Shown: in pieces, positions 11,705 through 24,858 of the stretch
How positions within the stretch are numbered: position 1 is the stretch's first letter
How the letters are laid out: every line of letters begins with the position of its first letter
Assembly (NCBI GenBank): GCA_032718475.1
Contig: JAUCBJ010008184.1
Span: forward strand, 1 to 40,313
Reading direction: 5' to 3'
DNA from: Nemertoderma westbladi
Lineage: Eukaryota > Animalia > Xenacoelomorpha
DNA: 40,313 nt
Translations under genes and position numbers: made by a program
Notes under the pieces: model-generated
What the model was told of the DNA's origin: nothing
Databases searched by the model: none
The model's input: the letters and a program-made list of their open reading frames with translations, nothing else

Positions 11705-11981
11705 AATAAAATCGCCTCCGCTTTGCAGGACATTGCTTTCGCCGTGAGGGACAGCCAGTGCATAATCTTGTACTTTGGCAGCCTCATGGAGTGAATAAGC
11801 ATGGTGGACTGGACAGCCCATGACTTTCTTGAGACGCATCTTAAAGGACACTGGCCTTAAAGATGCGGATGATCTAGCAAATGTCATGGGTGATAGTGAG
11901 TTGTGGCGGCACAATTTTGTCGACAAGCCGGCACAGCATTCTTAAAAATGCAGCTGCAATGCAGCATGCCGATCCTAGTAG
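11705..11981 (+). mobile_element. 5'-truncated RTE-clade LINE 3' end with 13-bp TSD
   Basis: Encodes RLRFAGHCFRREGQPVHNLVLWQPHG..LKDTGL..LANVMGDSELW and ends in (TAG)n. Flanked by TATTATATTGTAA at 11692-11704 and 11982-11994. Confidence 0.85.
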
Positions 11982-12827
11982 TATTATATTGTAACTATTA
12001 TATATTATTAAAAGCACTTAATTCCAGGATGACTATGAAACTGAAGATGGTCATGAAACTACTAAGTGCAAAGTTAAAGTATATTATTTATTCTTATGTA
12101 TAAAGTGTTTCCCCCAATCTTCATCCAACCCTTCTGCTGATGGGATTGGGGCTACAAAATATAATATGTTTATTACCCCCTCCCCTCCTGTATGACCTGC
12201 CCAAGTGTCCATTCATGCTTATTACACATGCTGGATAATCCAACTTCTTATAACAATAATTGAATATTATTCATACTGTACTATAATTTATTATTTGTGT
12301 ATAATATAAGGGGAGAGCAGGGGTTATAATCAATTGGTTACGGAATAAGACGATGTAGAATTACTTAATTAAAGTACCATGATATTTTAATATAATATTG
12401 GAGGGATGGCGGGTTAGATTTAAAGATTTCAAAAGTTCATCTACAACACTTATATTTATATTATACTTATATAAATTGTATATTCTAATTATATTCTTGA
12501 ATAATAATACCTCATGATAATGTATCTACACCCCTACCATGTCATAGTAGTCGGTCATTTGGACCAGTGAGTGTTGGAGTACTGTAATTGTTGTTAAACT
12601 TCTCATTAACCTGATATATTATTTTGTTTCTAATTATTTGAAATACTATTTAATACAAATGTAACTATTATTTATTAATAATCTGTTAATTATTGTAAAG
12701 ATATTATTGCATTAAAAATAGATGATAATTTAACTATATGCACTTATTTTAACGTTAATTTATATATCTCGCATCGGTGTAATTATCTGTGTATTTCTAT
12801 AATAAATAATATAATATGATGACATAC

Positions 12828-12974
12828 AGAATATTTCTGGTTGAATTCTGATGGGATGCATGTCCGACCCTCATATATAACGTTTCCAATCATATAGTAG
12901 TTTGGGCTGGAGGTTCTTGTGAAATAGTAGGTAGAAGCCAAACCGCAGGTGATAACCAAAATTATCGTAATAAC
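12828..12974 (-). CDS. Class A GPCR exon (TM4-ECL2 with conserved Cys)
   Basis: ttgac..ttgtgttccag|VITIILVITCGLASTYYF..EGRTCIPSEFNQKYS|gtatgt; 147 nt, phase 0 to 0. Confidence 0.8.
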
Positions 12975-13214
12975 CTGGAACACAACAAAAGTCAATGAAA
13001 TATAATATGATTAGCAAGGTAAAATATTTTTAAATTTGTACACATTTGGAATCGTGGCTCGGTCAATTTTCCATCACAAATCACTATAATAAGGTTGAAG
13101 AATAACTGCAGTGCGACATGTTCAATATCGACGGAGACTCCTATTTCAACGCTTGTAGCTACAGAATGAAAGCCAAAATTAAAATTCTGGCTCGCCCCCA
13201 AGAATGATATGCGA

Positions 13215-13351
13215 TGACGATAAATGAACACACCTGACATGCCGGGAGAGAGCATGGCTCAACGTTGCGACTCTTAAAGTTGGCCAGCATGTTAGTGGTT
13301 CCCTTGATGTGGGAGACAGTTACTTGGGCCTGGCTTGCAATAGATAGAAAG
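13215..13351 (-). mobile_element. Ty3/Gypsy pol remnant, end of RNase H (left flank of the BEL insertion)
   Basis: LSIASQAQVTVSHIKGTTNMLANFKSRNVEPCSLPACQVCSFI, continuing the frame from 29630 across the TSD. Confidence 0.85.
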
Positions 13352-14509
13352 TGTTCGCGCTTTTAGACCTTTAGCAGTTTAACCTGCCAAATTTAGGTGT
13401 CTTCTAGGTTATAAATCGACTTTAGCCTATGACAAGTATTTGATACACTACATTAGCCGAAGCCAGCCTATGCGCGACCATTCACCCGCTGGATATACCC
13501 GGGAGACTGGATTCGGAAGCTCTGACCTTATTGCGGTGTAGGCCTACTATATTATTCGATTGATCGCTAATATATAATCTCTGACCAATATTATTCACTT
13601 TCGGGAAATATTAACAGTTCCTTTAGGACGTGGCGCTCTAAGTATGTAAACAGAGTTATGACTTACACTAAGCACAACAGGATAGCTATTGATTCACGTA
13701 TAAAGCGCATTCTTTAGGAGATGCTTTGTTATCTATCACACTCATGCACACTACCGCACAATGCTGCACACCGATCTGCCGACCTTCACTAATTTTAGTC
13801 ACATATAAAGAGAAACGCAACGGACACATGTAGTGCCTATGAAATAGCATTAGATTCACTCCAAAACCAATATAATGTAAGTCGCAATTGCTATATGTAA
13901 CCGGTGTCTCTTACCTTCAGTATATCAAGAAGATGGGGGTTTTATGATTATTTATCGATATTATCCAAATATAACAATATTCCATCAACTGATACAAATT
14001 AATAACTGACGGTAAATAGCAGTAAAATAATGCGGTGAAAGGTATGTATGGTATGATATGGGCTGTATGCCAGTTTGTGGTTTGGTTTGATAACAGTTAT
14101 ACGTTTCTATGATCAAAGCCGGTCTAATGTTTGGCTAAAGTCTGAAACACAGAATAATTCCACAGCCGGTGTTCTAGGCTTAGGAAAAATACACACTGAC
14201 TGAATTGTGTGAGTTTCTATATGCACTGTCCAACACAAAGAAAATAGCTCTGATTGGTTGAATTGGCTGAGCCGAACAAAGAACCAAAGCTCCTTGCAAA
14301 AAGCTCCACGTGGATACAGCTGATAGATGTCGTCATCTGAGTTCCGATATTTAGAGTATTTGAGGTTATTGCGGAGAAAAATGGCCTTTTATGTCCTCTA
14401 AAGCACACATGCAGACATAGCGGGCAAAATCGCTTGTTATGTCCGCTAAAATACCTACTCGGTATATTGCGGAGAAAAATAGCTTGTTACATCCGCAAAA
14501 GCTTTTACA
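13352..14509 (-). repeat. 3' LTR (1158 bp)
   Basis: About 98% identical to 28474-29629 (~19 substitutions and a 2-bp indel, counted by eye). Three ~50-bp subrepeats at 14365-14500. Confidence 0.97.
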
Positions 14510-14518
14510 CCGCTCCCA
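14510..14518 (-). promoter_or_regulatory. Polypurine-tract-like sequence
   Basis: Minus strand TGGGAGCGG directly abuts the TGTAAAAG start of the 3' LTR. Confidence 0.65.
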
Positions 14519-14587
14519 GAAAATGGGATTTGAGTCTATAAAATATACAAAATCACAGTTTCTAAAATATAAAAATACTCTAAACAG

Positions 14588-16093
14588 TTAGTCTTTCTTG
14601 CGCGGACGGCGTTTACGCAGTTTTTTGAGGCTAGCAAGAGTCCTTTTCTCTTTGGGGCGAGCCACTTTACTAGGAGGGCTATAGCTCCTGGGTAAAGGGT
14701 GCAATACAATTGCATCGGAAGGTTTAGGGTTACGGTCGATGTCTCGTCCATTTCGATATGCTTCTCCTCGAGCTGATTTTCCTCCGCTTATCATTGGATG
14801 CGTTCGTCCAAAAACTCTTGCAGAGAATAGGGTCGTCCAAGTTCGATATCTTCTTAGAGATTCTGGATTTCCTGATCGAACTGAGATAAAGCTAATTCGT
14901 TTACCGCTTGGACTTGCTGCTGCAATTTACGTTTCTCTAAACAATTATAGGTTCCTTTTCCGATCTTTTGACGAATAGTGTCCAACACGTTTCGTACAAC
15001 TCTCTCCTCCGCCTTGGTGACAGGTTGTATCGGGTTAAACCGGGACGATGATACGGTTGAATGACGATATTAGATGTCCGCGTCCCAATCCGGCTAGGTA
15101 AGATGGGCGAATATTTAGGGAGCCCACAACCGGAGTGCCACCGACTAACTTTTCAGGTAACACTAGATCTTTGAACAGTGAGTACAGTTCGGGAGGATCC
15201 GTGATACTATTAGGATCAAGAGTCTGAGGTCTAACTAGGGAATGAGGAGGTCTGACCGAGTATTCCGGAACTCTGATCATAGGTTTATTTAAGGATCGTT
15301 TGAATCGAACGAGCGTAGGTGATACATCGAACAAGTTTCGCTCGAAACTCCCGTAAATATAGCGAGTAAAACCGTGTTTAAAGCAACATCTCCACGGATG
15401 TTTATGTCTTTCCGTTTGTTAGTTAGGTCTAGGGCATTCGTCGCAGTAGTACCAAAGACGCACGTCTTGCAGGGGAAACGCGGGTGATCGTTCTCCCGTT
15501 TTACAATATTCCTCCATCTGTTCGAAGCTATCTGGGACGACAGGTAGCGGTCGATCGGCGGTAAGATACATCATAGTGAAATAGAGCCATTTGAGTTCTA
15601 TCATAGGGTCATGATGTATACCTTGAGGATATCGAGTTTCTAGATTTTGTTGACTGGCAATATTGAGATATGTTTCTCTCAGGAATTCCAGATAATCGTT
15701 GAAGTCGCTGCGTTTATCCGGCTCTTCAACGTCTTCTCTTTCGAGTCGGTTCCGAATAGAATTCTCGTGTTCTATTCTCAGTTTATCGTTCCGACTCCGC
15801 TGGGTATGATATTTAAATAAAACCATTTCCCTTTCGGTGTCTACATCGTCCGTATCGTATAAATCGATAGGATGGCCAGTAGTTAAGAAGTCCATATACG
15901 TACCATTACGATGCGTATAGCGAGCGGTGAATTTTCTATAGTCCAATTCACGCATGAGTTACTCCTGGGACATTGGCGGTTCGATATAACGACCATCGTC
16001 CTCCGTAGTGGTTGGACCAGCGTCGCCGAGTATCAAGCTATCAACAAACGCTTGTAAAGGTAGAGTATATCGCTCCCTGATGCCAAGATCATC
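14588..16093 (-). pseudogene. Extra ~500-codon ORF of unknown function in the env position of the BEL element (decayed)
   Basis: ORFs 15955-15419 and 15334-15035 share one frame, broken by single TAAs at 15959 and 15419. After a shift near 15045 the coding-like sequence continues (VVRNVLDTIRQKIG..LQQQVQAVNELALSQFDQEIQ) to a basic tail, KKLRKRRPRKKD. Confidence 0.7.
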
Positions 16094-16921
16094 TCAGTCA
16101 TATCTGCTATATGAGTTTATTAATATTATAATAAGTTTATATTTAGGCTAGTGGGCGTCGCTGCCTACCCCTCTCTTGCCCCCGGACAGTGCAAGATCCT
16201 CAGCGCCGATGTACCGTCGTCGCTGTGTTTTTCGCCAACGTAGTAGCTACACAACGACAACGATAACCGGCACAAGTCACTCCACTGTCCGTCCCAAAGG
16301 CTTAGATTTACTTCAGGTTCTTGCTGCAGAGTTAGGGTTACTTTCACAATTGCGACTCACTACTGTAAACACACTTTAGTAGTAACATTCACCTATAAAC
16401 GCACAAATTCCACGCAACTGTCACAAATTGTACACATGCAGGCCATTTGTCCGTTAGTCAGTGCCTTCCAGAATGCCACGTTATTATTATGTATCCTTGG
16501 ATACTAGCAGTGTGCTATTTATTCCCTATGCTATTCAATGGGGCAAGCTTTCTATTGTTCTTTTAACTCACTTCTAATTCTAGCGTGGTTGTTGCTATGG
16601 TGACATTATGGAAAGCTAGCAGTAGAATTAGGGTAATTCTCATGCATACAGATCTGGGATGCTATTTAATAGTAATTCTTTAATTGTCAATATCCCCTTT
16701 ATACATGATTTTATGAATTTTATCGGCTATTGACTATATATTGGAGATTCTCGCACACTAATACACTTAATAGGGTGAATCTCCGCTCCCATGATCTATT
16801 AATTTATGGAATTTTGGGAATGTTGTAAATTGTATAAAAATGACAATTTATCAAATTCATTAAAAGATGAATTTAAATTTATTCCCGTAAATTTTATTAT
16901 TTAATATTAAATAGACACAAT

Positions 16922-17215
16922 TTTATTCCAGAGCATGTCTGGGGACTGGGATCCTTGATTCTAGGAAATTTGTCTTTTTAAGAGTATCGGTAAGTGCTAC
17001 GATATCTTAATAGACTAGAATTTTAAAGGATCTAAAATTTGACAGATTTTATAAATATTAATAGTTAATATTTAAGATGGGCACCGGTTTATTCCAGAAC
17101 ATGTCTGGGGACGTTAACCATTGATTCTAGAATTTTGTCTTTCAAGTATATCGGTGGGTGCCGCGATATCTTAATCGACTAGAATTACAGATGGTCAAAG
17201 GGTTTAACAGATTTA
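16922..17215. repeat. ~130-bp diverged direct duplication (period ~166 bp) in the BEL 3' spacer
   Basis: tttattccaga.catgtctggggac..ttgattctag..tatcggt..cgatatcttaat.gactagaatt at 16922 and 17088. Confidence 0.85.
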
Positions 17216-17740
17216 TTTTGCATTTTACGCTACTGTTAAAGGGACATCACGCTACTATATGTATTATTTAATATACGGTATGAGAGCAATATCGCAAGAA
17301 GCAATGTCAGTGAGAAGAGGCAAGTCATTTCCAAGGTCTACCCAGAGCTTGGTTTAGCCGAGACACGAGGATCTGAATTTTGCATTCCTAATACTCTACT
17401 TACCAATAATACTTGAATATAGTAGGAGCTTTATTGTACTTTAATAAGTACGGATATTTCATCTTACTGTAGTCACGTATTTATAATGTAATACGAACAG
17501 TAAGGAAAGAGAAAAAGAATTATTTCTCGCCGTCACACTAAATATATAATATATAAGTAATTAAGTAATAAACGCGAATATATATATGGCACTAATCTAC
17601 TAAATAATCACTAAAATAACATTCTACTAAATAAAATTAAAGAAAACGATTATAATAAAATTACATAATAATACATACATAAATATAAAATAATGAAACA
17701 AATATAAAATAGTATAATCATATACCCACTCCAGACGCTG

Positions 17741-20700
17741 TTACGTTGGGGAGTCCCTAGATGTTTGTTGGATTAGGGAGGTGGTTGTGGGAAGAGTATC
17801 TTGCCTTCCATAGTTTCCGGAGAGTTCTCTGTCTCTTTCCAGTAAACATAAACGACCAACTGGGCGATTGAGCTGCTGTGTCTCGAAGACAATTCCCGGT
17901 TTCTTAAAGTTACGTCGCATGACGACGAGTTCTACCGATCGCACCAAACCATCATCCGAGATGTGAGTCTCGATGATACGACCTGCCACCGCTTATGTGG
18001 AAGATCTGAATCCACAATAAGGACCATGTCTCCAGCGCTGACGTTTTCTTGCTGAGCAAACCACTTAGTTCGAAGTTGTAGCGTGGGCAGATAATGTTTT
18101 TCGAAATGGTCAGCGAAACGACAGGATAACAACTGCATAAGTTGACAAGTTTGCTGGCAGCATTCGTCTCCGTCTGTGACTTCCGATCGTGGGAGCATGG
18201 CTACAGGTTTCTTCAGTAGGAAGTGCGCGGGTGTTAGCGCTTCCAGGGAATCGGGACTCGATGAGACTGGCATAAGCGGTCTCTCGTTGAGATAGGCGGC
18301 GATTTCCTCCATTAACGTCCGCAAAAGTTCGTCGGTGAGATACGCGCGGCACGGCACTATAAAGTGAAATGCGGTCTTCACGCTCCTGATTAATCTCTCC
18401 CAACTTCCTCCCCACCAAGGGGCGTCGGCGGCGTTGAAGGTCCAGCTAGACGCTGTTACCCTTAGCTGATCGTCCACCTGTCTTTGGTTCCAATCTTTGA
18501 CGTAAGCTTTGATTTCATTGTTGGCACCAATGAAGTTCGTTCCCTTATCAGATCTCATCGTGTTACTAGTTCCAAAGCAAGCGATCTGTCGTCGTAAGCT
18601 CAATAGGAAGCTGTTGGTAGATAAATCGTTCACCATATCGAGATGGATAGCTCTACAAGTCATACAAACAAAGATGATACACCATCTCTTGACTATAGTC
18701 CTAGCACGATATACTTCAATAGGGCCAAATAAATCTACACCGGTATTAGTAAAGGGTGGTTCATAGAAGCTTACTCGTTCCCTAGGTAATTCTGCCTCTC
18801 GCTGTGTTAAAGGCCTACTGAATGCTTTCCTACAGGGTATGCAGTTCCTAAGAACTTGGTTCAGAGCTCTACGGGGTTTATAAAAATAATAGCGAGTTCG
18901 AATTTCGCTAAGAACTCGTTCTCTACCAGCATGATAAAGTTTGCTGTGAACATCTACAATCATCTTGATTTGTATTTCAAGATTTCTAATGAGTATGGGA
19001 AACTTAGTGTCAAAGGATAATGGAGCGTTAGTTAGTCTTCCTCCAACACGTATTAACCCATCTATCATTGTGCTAGAGAAACGATCCCTTAAGCGCATCT
19101 GTGGATTTCTCAACAACAGGAAATACTTATCGGAATCCTTATAGCATTGCAGGAGTCTCAGTATCTGCTTATTGGTTTCTTCATGCTCCTGGTAACTGAT
19201 CTTCTCCTTCAGAAACCTGTCGGATATCTTGTATTTGGGAAGATCTTTAACAACATGGACCTGCGCAGATGTCAGTGGAGCGGTATCACTAGTGGTCTTC
19301 GTCCTGGAGTAGTGATGATGAAAACATCGCTTTAAATATGTAACGGCCTTACAGAGCCGATTCCAGGAACTATAATGATGTATCGCTCTCTACAGGAGAG
19401 GTGAGAGTCCTTGCGAGACATCTGGTATTCCAGATTTCCAATCCCTCTCTCTGATTTCCACAACAGACTTATTGGTGGCTGTGGGTTTCGGATCCAAAAT
19501 GGCGTCGTTTCCGGAAGTGTGTAGTACAGACAGATCTACCACGGGTTTAAATAACTTCGATTTACTCGCCCGAGTTTTAGGTTTGACTTTCTCCGCTCCC
19601 TTGGCCTGTCTAATCTCCGCCGTAGTAAGATGAGGAGGCCATTCATCCTCTTCTTTGCTTAGGAAATCGGGTCCACCTAACCAGTCTGGAGTATCTATCA
19701 GTTCTTGTGGAGTTGCTTCCCTGGAGGCGATATCGGCTGGATTAATCGTTCCGGGGCAATGTCTCCATTGATCTATCTTCATGCGACTAAGTATAATGGC
19801 TACTCTGTTGGTAACGAAGACGCTGAACTAACAGACTTCATTGGATATATACTCCAACACGAGCAACGCATCGGTCCAATAGACAGTTTTCTCCAGTGGA
19901 TAGTCGATCTGTTCTGTTACATTCCGGCCGATGGCTGTAGCGTATAGAGCCGCTTTTAACTCCGCTCGAGGAACTTTCAACTTGTTGTTTATCAAGGCCT
20001 TAGAGGTAACCAAGGCGACCTTGATTCCATCCGGAGTTTCAACTCTCAGGTAGGCTACTATACCTATTCCCATATCGCTGGCATCTCCAAACACATGGAG
20101 TTGATAGGAATGCGTAGGGAGAACATGACCAAAATATGAACGGGAAATTATAAAGTTCTCGATGGCTGGTAGAGAATCTTCCCATTTCATCCACTTCTTT
20201 AATAATTCTCCCTTAAGTGGATCGTCCCATGAGTGGTTTTCAAGCCACATTTGTTGTACTAAACTCCGAGCAATCAATATAACTGGGCTAATAAATCCCA
20301 ATGGGTCGAAATAAGTGCTCAGGATACTTAAACAAATCAGTTTAGTCCGAACTGGATTATCTCGCTGTTTTAGCTGGAAAAACAGGATATCTCTCTCTGT
20401 GTCCCATTTCAAACCAAGTGTCTTGGTTTCTGGAAGATCGTCTTTGATTAGGTCTAGATCTTTTGCTCCTCGATCTTCTACCGGGATCGATTCCAGAAAC
20501 TCACGGGAGTTGCTGGTGAATTTAGTTAATCGAAATCCACCTCTTTTTAAGCACTCTACCATTCCTTTGGCGACATCAATGGCTTCTTCCACTGATGGGA
20601 GGGACTTTAAATTGTCGTCCATGTATATATCCCGTTTGATGTTGTCGATCACCTCTTTAGAGAAGGCGTCCCGGTTGTCATCAGCAGTGGTTCGCACCAC

Positions 20701-23700
20701 TGAGCAGGCGATTGAAGGGCTTGAGATGATCCCAAAAGCCTGGATGGTCATCCAGTACTCCACCGGTTTCTGGTTGAGGTCTCCTTCAGGCCACCACAGA
20801 AATCATAGGCTGTCTCGATCCCTATCCAACGCCTTGACTTGTGAGAACATGCCTTCTATATCGGAGGCGAAAGCGATTGAATATTGTCGTAATCTTAAGA
20901 GTATTCCCAACAAGGATTGGAGTAAGTTGGGTCCTGGTAACCCGTACTTCATTGGGTTTACCGGGTTTGGGAACGTAATGATGTGTTAGATAGTACATTC
21001 TCTCAGTTATGAGTGTTTCTTCCGGTACTCGCTCCGCATATCCCTTGTTAATAAATTTCTTCAACTGAGTCTGGTACATTTCTTTAGCTGAAGCATTTGC
21101 CATAAGGCGTCGATGTAGTTGCGCAATTCTTTTCTCCGCCAAGGGTCGGTTGTTTATGAATTTAGGTTCTCGCTTTCGGAATGGTAGACCGATTTCATAT
21201 CTACCTTGATCTTTAAGAAAACGTGTAGTTGTCTCCTGGATCTGCTTGGCTCTTTCTTCTTCTACCGATAGGGCCTTATCGTAGGAATTGGGCTCTACAG
21301 CCTCTTGAGTAAAGAATCGTACGGCGTGTTCATCCCGAGTCCTTGCATTGTAGCGATCTATCACGTCATTCAGTTCGTCGTTATAGTCGACTTGTCCTGA
21401 TGGACGAATGAGTTGACATAGGTTCACTTGGTTTTGCCAAGTCTCGTTTTCCGTAAGGAGGTCGATGGTATTCTCCTCGTCGAAGAGTTGGTGGATATCG
21501 TCATTATCTGAGGAGTATGGTGTTCCCTCAGTTGGGTCGTCTACCTCACTGCTCTCCGCTTCCCATTCACTTACCTGGTATACCCGTTCTTTTGGTAACC
21601 TTTCCATGAGAGTTCTACGGGAAGGGCCAGTAAAGTACCAACCTACTCTAGTTCTTCCCGCATAGGCTTGTAGTGGTTGCGGTTGAGCAGGCCGTTTCTC
21701 CAATGTCTCAAGCGCCTCATGCGCATTTTGGCCGATGAGTATTTGCACTCCAGGGTAGTCTGTGTTGAATCTAGGTATCTTAAGCTGCGGGGTGAAATCG
21801 TCCTCATCCCAGTTATAAGGTTCCACTTGGCTGGTAGCGAAGTTCTTTATCGCCACCATTTTTACTGACCTTATACTTTGTTCTCCTAGTTCATCCTGGG
21901 GGGTGGACAACGCACCTACATAATAATCTGCTATTACTGAAGATTTCCAAACCTGTATAATTCCTGACATGTTTAACTTAGTTCGGAACTTGGGTTGTCC
22001 AGCAAAGATGTCTTCGGCTAGTTCTTTGTCGATGAATGTTCCTGTGCTACCGGAGTCAAGGAGGGCGTTCACTATATAACTCCTTTCAGGTCCGTGGACC
22101 CTCAACTGCACTACGGGAAATTCTCTGATTCCTACATTGGAAGTTGGTGCTTTCCAAGATGGTTGTCGGTCAGAAGTAGTTAGGGGGACCTCACTGTCAG
22201 TGTCCTTTTCATACGTAAGTGCTCGATACACTGCGGTATTTATCTGGTAACAGGATTCGTTTTCGTTGGAGAATTCGTCCGTATAGAATCCTTCCATCTC
22301 AGAACCTTGGTCAGTGTCATTCACATCACTGAATTGGACATGTAGTTCGGACTCACTTACCTGACTCGAGCTGTTTCGTTCGAATTCAGTGTGCAACAAG
22401 ATATGATGTTTTGCGCCGCACTTCGCACACCTTGCGTCGGAGTAACAGGTTCGCCGTTGGTGTCCTTGTCTGAGGCAATTATAACACAACCGCTTATCCC
22501 ACATGACTTCCCGTCTATCCTTTAATGATTTCTTTAGGAATTCATCACACACATTCAAACGGTGGGGCCCGTCACACAGCGCACATTTCAGTTTGATGTT
22601 ACTTACCTTATTTTGAGTAACGTTGTGCACACTCGTTCTTTCTTCGGGCTTTCTTACATGAGTTCTCTTAGGAGACGTAGGAGGAGTTTTTCTTACCTGT
22701 TCTCTCCTGTCATTGGTTCGAGACTTGAATTTACTTAAGTCTTTAGGCGTTTTGTTGAAATAATAAGATCTTTCAGTGTCTTTCCCGCTGTCCTCTTCTT
22801 GAGAAGCCTGGCTTTCGCCATCGTCGGTATAACACACTGGTGTTACCATTCTCCTAGAAACGGGTTTCTCACTTACCTTGTTTTCCGGTGTCTTCTCTCT
22901 GGACTGCTTTAGGAGCTGTAATTTTACTTCTCCATCTAAGAATGACATGAGATCAGCCATGGTAGGGTCTCGTCGTTGTTGTTCCATCATATATAACACT
23001 TTCTTATCCCAGCGTGTACCTACTCCGCCCTTCGGTAAAGTAGAGGCCACGGCTCCAATAACCATAGAACTCTGATATTCATGAGACTTACCTAGCCAAT
23101 CTAATTGTCTACAGATCTCCTGAATCTCATCGGAAAACTCTATAATCCCGCTGCTAATGAATTTTCGGGGCGCTACCAATTTTGCATACAAATACCTAGC
23201 TATGTTATTCCTATTACGATACCTGATGTTTAGGGTATCCCAAACTTGTCTTAATCCATCTGGGTGTCCAATAAACTTTAACGCCATTAACTTGGGAGAT
23301 CCTTCCAAGCACTCGATGAGGAATCTAAGTTTCTCTCCGTTAGATAGCACAGAGTTCTGTATGTTATCTTTGTAATATTCATTAAAAGGTAACCATTTCA
23401 TCTCATCTCCATTAAACTTGACGATCTCTCCCACCTTTACCGCTTGACGGGCTTCGGTTCTAGCCATTTGACGCGTAAAACTTTCTTGGGCCATCGTGTT
23501 ATTTAATATCGAGTTATCGGTATATAAATTTCTCGGATTATTATCAGGTCTATATGGAATATCATTGTCAACAGGTTTATAATTACCCTTAATAGGGTTT
23601 ACTATAGGAGTTTCTACTTCACTAGCAGTATAGATGCGTGTAGGCTCCACACCTTGCGCATGAAATACTTCAGACCTAACGGGTTGACACATTGTTACAG

Positions 23701-24858
23701 GGGGTGGTGGTATACCCTTATGTGTATTTACTGTATTTACTGTGTGTGTACTTCGGCCACTTTTCTTTCCGCTTCGGCCGCTTTTCTTTCCGCTTCTGCC
23801 TCTGCCGCTGCCGCTGCAGCTGCCGCTTTTCTTTCCGCTTCTGCCGCTGCCACTGCTGCTATCTTTCTGTCTTCTATACGTTTTTTCTTTACTTGTTCTT
23901 CTTGGACTCTAGCGATGCGGAGGCGTTCATCAAATTTAGCTTGGTTCGCAGCTAACATTTCCGCATCTATTGCATCCAACATAAGCTTGGCTCCTTCACT
24001 ATTAGGGCGAAGTCCAGACAGCCGTCTCCTCAACTCTTCGTCACCTAGGAATCTTTGATAGTCTGACAGATAGATGTCAATAGTGTCCCTCTGATGCGGT
24101 TTCTCTGCTGTCGCTTCACTTTCCACTTGGGAAAAGGTAGCTTCTGTTGATTCTCCATGGGATGAGCGCTCAGCCAGCTGAACTTTCCACTGGACCGTTC
24201 CTTGAACCTGGAGACTCACCCGCTGGAACCAAGTCTTTACAGCAACTTGCAACGACGTGTTTTGTCTTCTTTTCGAAGCTTCCTCAAAGGCCGATAGGAT
24301 TAGTCTGATTCTTAGAATTCTTTCTCGAACTTGATAAAGCAGCTCTCCCTGCTCTTGAGGTCCTTGGGGTTGTCGAAACAGTTGTTCCTCTAATCGCTCC
24401 AAAGAGCTGAAGAATCCCTGTACGTATCCTGCTGCCAACCTCTTCCATACAGCTGGATCACTGGTGTCTTTTGTCACTCCCATCCTGTGTATGTCTTCCC
24501 AGGCAGCTTCCGATAAGTCAAACGGGAGTCCGGGTCCGGGGAAGTTCCATTGCGACTCGACAATAGACTTCAGTTCCTCCCTTGTGTATCCCGCATAACT
24601 ATCCTTGGTCGATCGCTTACTTCTCGCCCAATCAATTTGGTGTTCCTCCACCGCAATCAATACCCTAGTGAGTACGGCTGCAGGAAGGATGAGAAGGGGA
24701 TCTGAATAAACCGCATCTGCCATCTTAGCTCCGCGCTTGGGTGTCAGCTCTACAGTATCCGCACTACTGGAGCTGTCGGGCCGCTGAGAAATAAGTTCTC
24801 GGCTCGAGTGTTGCTGCTGTTCCGCTTGCGTCCTTCTGGGCTCCTCCCCGAGGCGCAC
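17741..24858 (-). pseudogene. BEL/Pao gag-pol polyprotein, disrupted
   Basis: Motifs: KFNGDEMKWLPF (DUF1759-like); triple Cys-His knuckles; protease ALLDSGS; RT YMDD; RNase H LHVFGDAS..PRAEL..YWTD..NPADIASR; integrase H2C2 and GVDLFGP..SDKGTNF..WWGGSWERL; LQLRTKW. Lesions: frameshifts at ~23745, ~20940 (deletion) and ~17985; stops at 20803, 19828 and 19390. Confidence 0.95.

Noticed and set aside
12510-12610. Exon-like segment after an atcag acceptor
   Set aside because: It has in-frame stops, and the TM4 and TM5 exons join without it.
14217-14408. Duplicated 63-aa ORF (also at 29337-29528)
   Set aside because: It lies inside the two LTR copies, which explains the duplication; no coding signal.
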